This document shows positions 58,250-64,000 of a DNA stretch of 64,000 bases, in pieces. How positions within the stretch are numbered: position 1 is the first letter of the stretch; every line of letters begins with the position of its first letter. The position numbers and the translations under genes are program-made. Source of the DNA: Nitrosopumilus sp. (GTDB taxonomy: Archaea; Thermoproteota; Nitrososphaeria; Nitrososphaerales; Nitrosopumilaceae); contig OZ244651.1 of assembly GCA_965218695.1 (NCBI GenBank), forward strand, positions 256,001 through 320,000. The letters are read 5' to 3'. A model generated the notes under the pieces. The model searched no databases. It was not told where the DNA came from and worked only from the letters and a program-made list of their open reading frames with translations.

Positions 58250-59506
58250 CTAAAAAACCTGCACGGCCCCCGGATGATCATTGTGGTGTCCCGTCACGCA
58301 GCTACGGCGCACATCAGGCGGCGGCTTTTGCCTGACCAGGTACCACGGAATGTTGTTTATCAGCCTGACCACCAGCACGTCGGTTTGCGTGACTGCCTGG
58401 TATACACGATCAGATTTCTGCAAATCCGAGGTCAGCCTGGCATTTGCGATTACCCACGTGTTGTACAGGATCAGGGTGTACAGGAAGCAAAGCGCCCGGA
58501 CCGTCTCGTTCTTGCTGCGGGTTCTCGCCCTTTGCTTTTCTGCCATCCTGTAGCCTGTCTCTATCATCCACCTCCGGGCATAATAATCGACGTTGATCCC
58601 CGGCATGTTCGTGGCAAAGGCAATGTATTTCTCCTCCGGCTTTTCGGGACTGCCCGTCTTTTTCTTTCTTTTGCGTTTTGTTATGATCATGGTGTACTCG
58701 GCATGATCATGTTTGGATTTTGCTATGCGAAATCCCGATACTGCAAGGCGTCTCCCGCATGCAAACTCTTCGATGGCGCGCGTCACATTGGGAGTGTTGA
58801 TGCAGGGCATGAGATACCTTATGCCCATTCCGTCAAGGGTCCGGATCACGTCTGTTGAAAAGAACTCGCGATCAAGCATGGCGATGCCTATTCTGACCTT
58901 CTTTTCCAGGCACGAGTCGACGGCCTTGCGCACGAAATCGGCAGTATCAGTCAGGGCAGGCATGGGAAACGCCCCCAGGGTCAGCTGGATCCTCCGGGTC
59001 ACGCACTGTACCGTAATGTATCGCTCAAAGAGATGCGTTCCCCTTTTGGCCTTTGATCTTACGAGCTCTGCGCCGTGTTTGTGGTCCCAGCGCGGTATCA
59101 GGTGCATGTCAATGGCAACATTCATCCTCCTGTGGCCAAGCATGCCCAGATCCTCAAGCTGGCTTACCTGTGAGGATACCATTTCATTAAATGACTGCAT
59201 CAGGCTTTTCGAATCAATCCGGGAGCAAATGTCGCGCATCCACTCGCTGCACGGGGAGCGCCTGTGGGATCTGCCCAGTCCCCGCACGGCAGTCACCATC
59301 CTGCGCACGGCCGCAGCGTACCCCCCGATCGATATCCCGAGCACGGCTGCCATTACCATGATTCTGTGAAAATCATCCGTCCCGTACGCTGCGTTGGGCC
59401 TTTTGGAGACTGGAAGGCTTGAATCAAACACGCGGGCCGCATCAGACGTCGTATCTTGGCGAACCCGGGGGTTGTTTTGCAGGGAGCGCTGCAGGTGGCC
59501 TGCCAT
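58250..59506 (-). CDS. ISH3/IS4-like transposase (lineage D); element ends unresolved
   Basis: VAIDMH, MLDREFF, YARRWMIETGYR, KPPP; likely start MAGHLQRSL. Confidence 0.88.
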   Translation of the reverse strand: MAGHLQRSLQNNPRVRQDTTSDAARVFDSSLPVSKRPNAAYGTDDFHRIMVMAAVLGISIGGYAAAVRRMVTAVRGLGRSHRRSPCSEWMRDICSRIDSKSLMQSFNEMVSSQVSQLEDLGMLGHRRMNVAIDMHLIPRWDHKHGAELVRSKAKRGTHLFERYITVQCVTRRIQLTLGAFPMPALTDTADFVRKAVDSCLEKKVRIGIAMLDREFFSTDVIRTLDGMGIRYLMPCINTPNVTRAIEEFACGRRLAVSGFRIAKSKHDHAEYTMIITKRKRKKKTGSPEKPEEKYIAFATNMPGINVDYYARRWMIETGYRMAEKQRARTRSKNETVRALCFLYTLILYNTWVIANARLTSDLQKSDRVYQAVTQTDVLVVRLINNIPWYLVRQKPPPDVRRSCVTGHHNDHPGAVQVF

Positions 59507-59624
59507 GTCAGTCACTACAGATACCACCCGGCAGGCACCGTGAAATGCCAATGTGCGTTCAAATGCTTAAATTCGTAACTGTGTAGTTTTTTGATCAAAT
59601 GCTGAATTCCATGTCTCCAAGAAA

Positions 59625-61172
59625 CTATGTATTTTTTTGACATAGGACCAGACCCTCGCGCAGGACCGTGCCAAGATCATCTCCCCTTGCCTTGCATGTC
59701 TGCTTGATGCTCATCAGCGTGGCAATGGCGTCTGCGCCCTTCTTTGACCTGAGATGTGATTCGTAATTAGCACGCAGGCACATTAGAGCACGATCTTTGG
59801 CATAATCATACGAAAGTTGCATACTTTGGAGCACACATCTGTAAGATTATGGGCATCGAAGGCCCGATTCTTAATTGCGGATCATGTCTCTGCTCCCGTT
59901 GCTGTTCTTGCGCAGGATGACGCACGGCCTGATGGCCCGCTCTGCCCGGTTGTTGTGGTATTCGACGCCGTCTGTCTCCAGAAACGCAAACAGGTGGCCT
60001 TTTTCCCGCACCAGCCTCTTGCGCATCCTGTTGCAGTGCTTGCAGTCGCGGTCCTTTTCGAGCCTGCCGATAAGTGACGCGATGCGACGATCCAGCCTCT
60101 TCTTTGCGGCAAGCGCGTCTGCCCCTCCCGGAACGGCGCCGTCGACGTGCGAGTCCCGCAGTATCGCGCGCAGCGTCCTTGCGTGCCGACGGTAGTCCTG
60201 GCCGGGATTTTTGTATCTCAGGGTGTCCTTGATGTCCCGGGCGTAATGAAGGTGGCACTTTTGGTGTTCGGATCCGATGACGTTCCACGCGGCCCACGAG
60301 TCAGACGTGACGCATCCCGGGTAGTCCTTGCCGAGCATCTTTTTTGGAACCTTCGAGTTCCTGTGGCGGTGCACCTCGTAGATTACGGCGTACCTTGTTA
60401 CCACCGCCCACAGCCAGTAGTTCGTGCCGTCGACGCGCCAGACGGACTCGTCCCCGTTTATCGCAGGCGAGTTTCTTACCTCCTCCTTGATCTTCTCGTA
60501 CAGCGGCCCGAGCTCCCGGGCCATCCTGCACACCATACGGTTTATCGCAGATTCCGTGATTCTTGCCGAGTACATCATCATGACAATATTGCATATTCTG
60601 AGGTCTGACATGCCGTGCAGCCTGAGGATGACCATCATTATCATAAAGTTGATCCCGTACCTGGAGTTTGGCAGTGCCAGCGGAGTCCTGCCGGACACGG
60701 TCTTCTTGCAGTTCCTGCAACGTCTTCTCTTTACTGTCACCTTGATGTGCTTTAGTTCCGTCTTGGCAGCCTCCCTTACCACCTTTGTGTACGTGGATAC
60801 GCACTCGGAGAGGTCGGAGCTGCCGCAGTTGTCGCACGTGTGGGGATCTGCTGTCTCCTCTGCGTCTATTCTTTCAGGACGCGCAAGGCCCGTGCGCCTG
60901 TGGACGCTTGGCTTGCCCTTGGCCTTTGTGCGGCGTCTGGCACTGCCCGTCTTTTTGTCAGGTTTTGCGCCGATGCTCCTTGCAACGGCAGCCGATATGG
61001 TGCCCCTTGCTTCCTGCAACTCTGCCGTGAGGTCCTGGATCTGCCTGAGGGCGGCAGCGTAAAGATCAGTGAGTTTGGCTATCTGCTGGTCCTTTTTGGC
61101 CAGCTGCCCTGCCATCATCTCCACTTTTTCCTCCAGTTCTGCAATCCTTGACTCGGAATTATCATCAGACAT
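59625..61172 (-). pseudogene. IS66 transposase interrupted near its C-terminus by a MITE
   Basis: CDNCG, NGDES, TSDSW, QKCHLH, YHNNRAERAIR; removing the MITE restores NSNGSR-SKKGADAIATLMS in frame. Confidence 0.9.
59752..59889. mobile_element. IS5-type MITE, 138 bp
   Basis: Ends AGATGTGATTCGTAATTAG and AGACATGATCCGCAATTAA resemble the TIR of 36232-39997; same TSD CTG (59749-59751, 59890-59892). Confidence 0.85.
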
Positions 61173-61571
61173 AATGCAAACCGTGGGAACTGATGATCTA
61201 AAAATTGGAATGGAGAGAAAAACTCGATCAAGTGATTAAAAATAGTTTCAAAAAAACTACACAGACGTTTGTAGGCATGGAATTCAACATTTGATCAAAA
61301 AACTACACAGTTACTTAAATTCCAATTCCGCAAAGGTATGCTGATGCGTGAGTCTGTCCATGCTGGTACATTGACAGATTTTCACCATCAATTCTTTTAA
61401 GCAGCAGACTCCCCGTATGTTGACAACTGCCTAAGCCTTGTCTGGGTGAGTTTATTTTCATATTTGCTGTAACGTGCCGCAAGACACTCCCAGATCATTG
61501 TATCTTAGTCAGGTCTTACTTCTGCGTTAACTGGAATCACAGAAATGTTTTTTAAATGATCACTGATACCT

Positions 61572-61919
61572 GTGTCTATGAAGCTACTAGAAGCTACAGT
61601 AAATGCCGACAGGGCAGGTCACGTCTCAGATGCCATTAAGGGCATCGTGGGGGGATTTACCATTCTGGAAGGAAGCGGGAGAGGATCCTCGGAGAGACAG
61701 ACGATGAGGGCAGGCAGAGGCACAGGCACATTCATAGCAGAATTCAACAAGGTTGCAACCATCAGAACCATTGTGGATGAGAAAGATGTGGAGAGGGTTT
61801 CCACGGCCATTTCGGATGCAGTATTTACCGGAAAGGCAGGTAACGGCATCATCACAGTCTCAGATGTACAGGATGTGTTCAACATTGCAAGCAAAAAGAG
61901 AAATTCTGATGCGCTCTAA
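61572..61919 (+). CDS. glnB: P-II nitrogen regulatory protein
   Basis: GGFTILEGSGRG, FTGKAGNGIITVSDV...DAL. Confidence 0.88.
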   Translation: MSMKLLEATVNADRAGHVSDAIKGIVGGFTILEGSGRGSSERQTMRAGRGTGTFIAEFNKVATIRTIVDEKDVERVSTAISDAVFTGKAGNGIITVSDVQDVFNIASKKRNSDAL

Positions 61920-61958
61920 CCCAAAGTTCAACATATGAAGACAAAGGGGTGGAGAGAC

Positions 61959-62198
61959 CTATTGCTGTCCCTCAATACCCATCAATGTCAGAGTCGATCT
62001 TATTTTTGGTATCTTTCGAATCTTCCATGTGATGGTCTCACGTAGCGCCTCAACCTGATCTAAGGCCACCTTGGCCAGTATGTCATATGCACCAAATGTG
62101 CCGTGTACCTCAGTGACGGCGTCAATGGACTTGAGTTCTGATATTACAGACTCCTCCGAACCCAGCTCACAGTTTATGAGGACATATGCAGTAGCCAT
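61959..62198 (-). CDS. Stand-alone Lrp/AsnC ligand-binding domain protein
   Basis: MATAYVLINCELG...VHGTFGAYDILAKV...IRKIPKIRSTLTLM. Confidence 0.88.
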   Translation of the reverse strand: MATAYVLINCELGSEESVISELKSIDAVTEVHGTFGAYDILAKVALDQVEALRETITWKIRKIPKIRSTLTLMGIEGQQ

Positions 62199-62424
62199 TA
62201 GGACACAACTCCCATGCTCATACATAAAAGACCGGCTTCAAATATATAAGAATAATTAAGGCGGGAACCCGAAGATGGATCCTTCTGACAGACATGCCTG
62301 ACCTGTGACAGGCCTCAAAGTCATGCCCGGACAGTATAATTTTGGCAACCGGCTGGAGGGAATTGATTTGGAGTAGTGCCATACAGGCATCAGGCCAAGA
62401 GGGATACGTCGCGCATGCCGCCGG

Positions 62425-63390
62425 TCAGTTGCAGGGCGTATATGCATCATGCATGACTTTTTCAAGCTGGTCTATATCCTCAGAGAGGGTAATCCTGGAG
62501 CGCAGTCGGGATCCCCCCTGCATCCCCCGCGTAAACCGCATTGCCTGGCCCTTGATGTTTGCAAATCGGATTCCATATCCAGCAGCCATGTGCAGATACT
62601 CAAAGAATGCATCCAGTCTGTCTTCAAGCAGGTACTCATGGTATGAGCCTGTCTTCAGATAGTCGTTGATCTGTTCAAATAGAAATGGGTTACCCATGGC
62701 GCCGCGGCCGATCATCACATAGTCGCAACCGGTATCATCAAGCATTGCCCGGGCATCCTCAGGGGTTGCAATGTCGCCATTACCGACTATTGGGACTCCG
62801 GCAGTCTCCTTGAGATCCCTTATCATATTCCAGTCTGCACTTCCAGAGTAACCCTGACTGACCGTTCTTGGATGAAGCGTAATCATCTGAATCCCCTCAT
62901 CTTCGGCGATGCCTGCAATATCCCGGAACAGGTACCGGTCAGCATCGGTGGTTCCAGAACGGATCTTGATGGTGACAGGCTTTCTTACTGCACCGACAAG
63001 GGTGGCAAGAATATTCCGGGTCACATCCGCATGCTGCAACAGGGCACCGCCTGCCATCTGTCTTGTAATGTGCGGCGCAGGACATCCCATGTTGTAGTCT
63101 ATCATGTCAAAGAATGGTTCTACTATCCGGGCAGCCTTCTCCAGCACCGCAAGATCGGACCCGAACAGCTGGACTGAGAGAGGTCTCTCCTCCTCTGAGA
63201 ATCGGATAAACTCCTGAATCGTCTTCATCTGTGCCCTGAGCTGTTCTGCTTTGGCCACTATGCTGTGAATGTTGGTAAACTCAGTCACTACAAGGCCGGC
63301 TCCCATCGTCTTACATTGTAGCCTGAGTGCCGGATCAGACACGCCTGCCATCGGAGCCAGAAATGCCCTGCTTGAAAATTTTGGAAGCAC
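62425..63390 (-). CDS. dus: tRNA-dihydrouridine synthase
   Basis: LAPMAGVSD, IDYNMGCP, VTIKIRSG, TLHPRT, GNGDI, MIGRGAMGNP. Confidence 0.95.
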   Translation of the reverse strand: MLPKFSSRAFLAPMAGVSDPALRLQCKTMGAGLVVTEFTNIHSIVAKAEQLRAQMKTIQEFIRFSEEERPLSVQLFGSDLAVLEKAARIVEPFFDMIDYNMGCPAPHITRQMAGGALLQHADVTRNILATLVGAVRKPVTIKIRSGTTDADRYLFRDIAGIAEDEGIQMITLHPRTVSQGYSGSADWNMIRDLKETAGVPIVGNGDIATPEDARAMLDDTGCDYVMIGRGAMGNPFLFEQINDYLKTGSYHEYLLEDRLDAFFEYLHMAAGYGIRFANIKGQAMRFTRGMQGGSRLRSRITLSEDIDQLEKVMHDAYTPCN

Positions 63391-63573
63391 GGTATGGTTT
63401 TATGACTCGGGTATATCTATCATGTCCGGCAGTGCAGATAACCCAAGTGTGACTCATTCTGGTAAACTTTCAAGACTATGGAATCTCTTGCTAAACATCA
63501 CATCACCTGAACCGCCGCTCGATCCTGTCGCGCCGTGATCACATCTGGGTTATCGGGTAGTGCGGCGACGTCC

Positions 63574-64000
63574 TCATGAAGAATCCGGACAGCCGTCCCC
63601 ATCCTCGAAGCCGTTATAGTTCTCCGGATCCAGAGGACACAGATCCTCTGCGTTTATGATACCATCAAGATCAGTATCATGGATAAACCTCTGCTGTTCT
63701 GGAGCCGTGTCAGGACATCCGTCGCTATCGTTGTACTTGTTCCAAGTTTCAGGGTTTGTCGGGCATGCGTCTACGCCGTCATGATATCCATCATTATCAG
63801 AGTCTAGTCTTGTAGGGGGGGTGGATTCTGCGCCGGGAACGTCAGGACATCCGTCGTGATCAAGATAGTCGTTATAGTTTTCAGGCATGTTCGGACATGC
63901 ATCCCACCTGTCGTCTACTCCGTCAGCGTCAGCATCTGGGAATGTATAAACTGCATCAGGATCGATTACAGCCATGTCAGGACATCCGTCAGAGTCCTGG
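63574..64000 (-). CDS. Thrombospondin type 3 (Ca-binding) repeat protein, C-terminal part (partial)
   Basis: Repeated DxDxDGxxDxxDxCP...ExxNxxxDxDGCPD; the frame stays open to the window edge (QDSDGCPD-MAVID). Confidence 0.88.
   Translation of the reverse strand, partial: QDSDGCPDMAVIDPDAVYTFPDADADGVDDRWDACPNMPENYNDYLDHDGCPDVPGAESTPPTRLDSDNDGYHDGVDACPTNPETWNKYNDSDGCPDTAPEQQRFIHDTDLDGIINAEDLCPLDPENYNGFEDGDGCPDSS

Larger units (their letters stand above)
59575..61314 (-). mobile_element. IS66-family element with long (~45 bp) TIRs
   Basis: TIR begins GTAACTGTGTAGTTTTTTGATCAAATG; 8-bp TSD TTAAATTC (59567-59574, 61315-61322). Confidence 0.95.

Noticed and set aside
62256-62424. Possible ncRNA after a TATATAAG box
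   Set aside because: No clear C/D, H/ACA or tRNA features; the AT-rich box is explained by the divergent Lrp gene promoter.

Overview
This is an archaeal window, almost certainly from an ammonia-oxidising Nitrosopumilaceae genome. The evidence is 3-hydroxypropionyl-CoA synthetase and dehydratase of the 3HP/4HB cycle, the LysW-dependent Lys/Arg cluster, split MetH, archaeal DnaG, RibK, RibL, Dph5, proteasome alpha, L31e/L39e and a thaumarchaeal FtsZ-like gene. The core backbone is intact, but about a third of the window is mobile DNA: five ISH3-type, five single-ORF IS66, two IS5, one IS481 and one IS630 transposase genes, an IS6 remnant, a TnpB remnant and two MITEs. Most have readable terminal inverted repeats (TIRs) and target-site duplications (TSDs), and several are nested. 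This pattern suggests a recent IS burst, as in host-associated lineages (inference). The most notable observations are: (1) a TnpB 3' end with its putative omegaRNA region that ends in an IS6-type TIR shared with a cargo-carrying IS6 derivative, suggesting TnpB carried by a DDE/IS6 transposon; (2) an IS5 element that recruited a distal end to mobilise a SEC-C passenger gene plus that TnpB tail; (3) miniature TIR elements each carrying one small 2-TM protein gene; (4) a LysW paralogue ending in EDWGQ instead of EDWGE; (5) a 255-bp (GCCT)n microsatellite grown inside a dispersed intergenic repeat. All family assignments come from motif recognition by eye; no searches were run.
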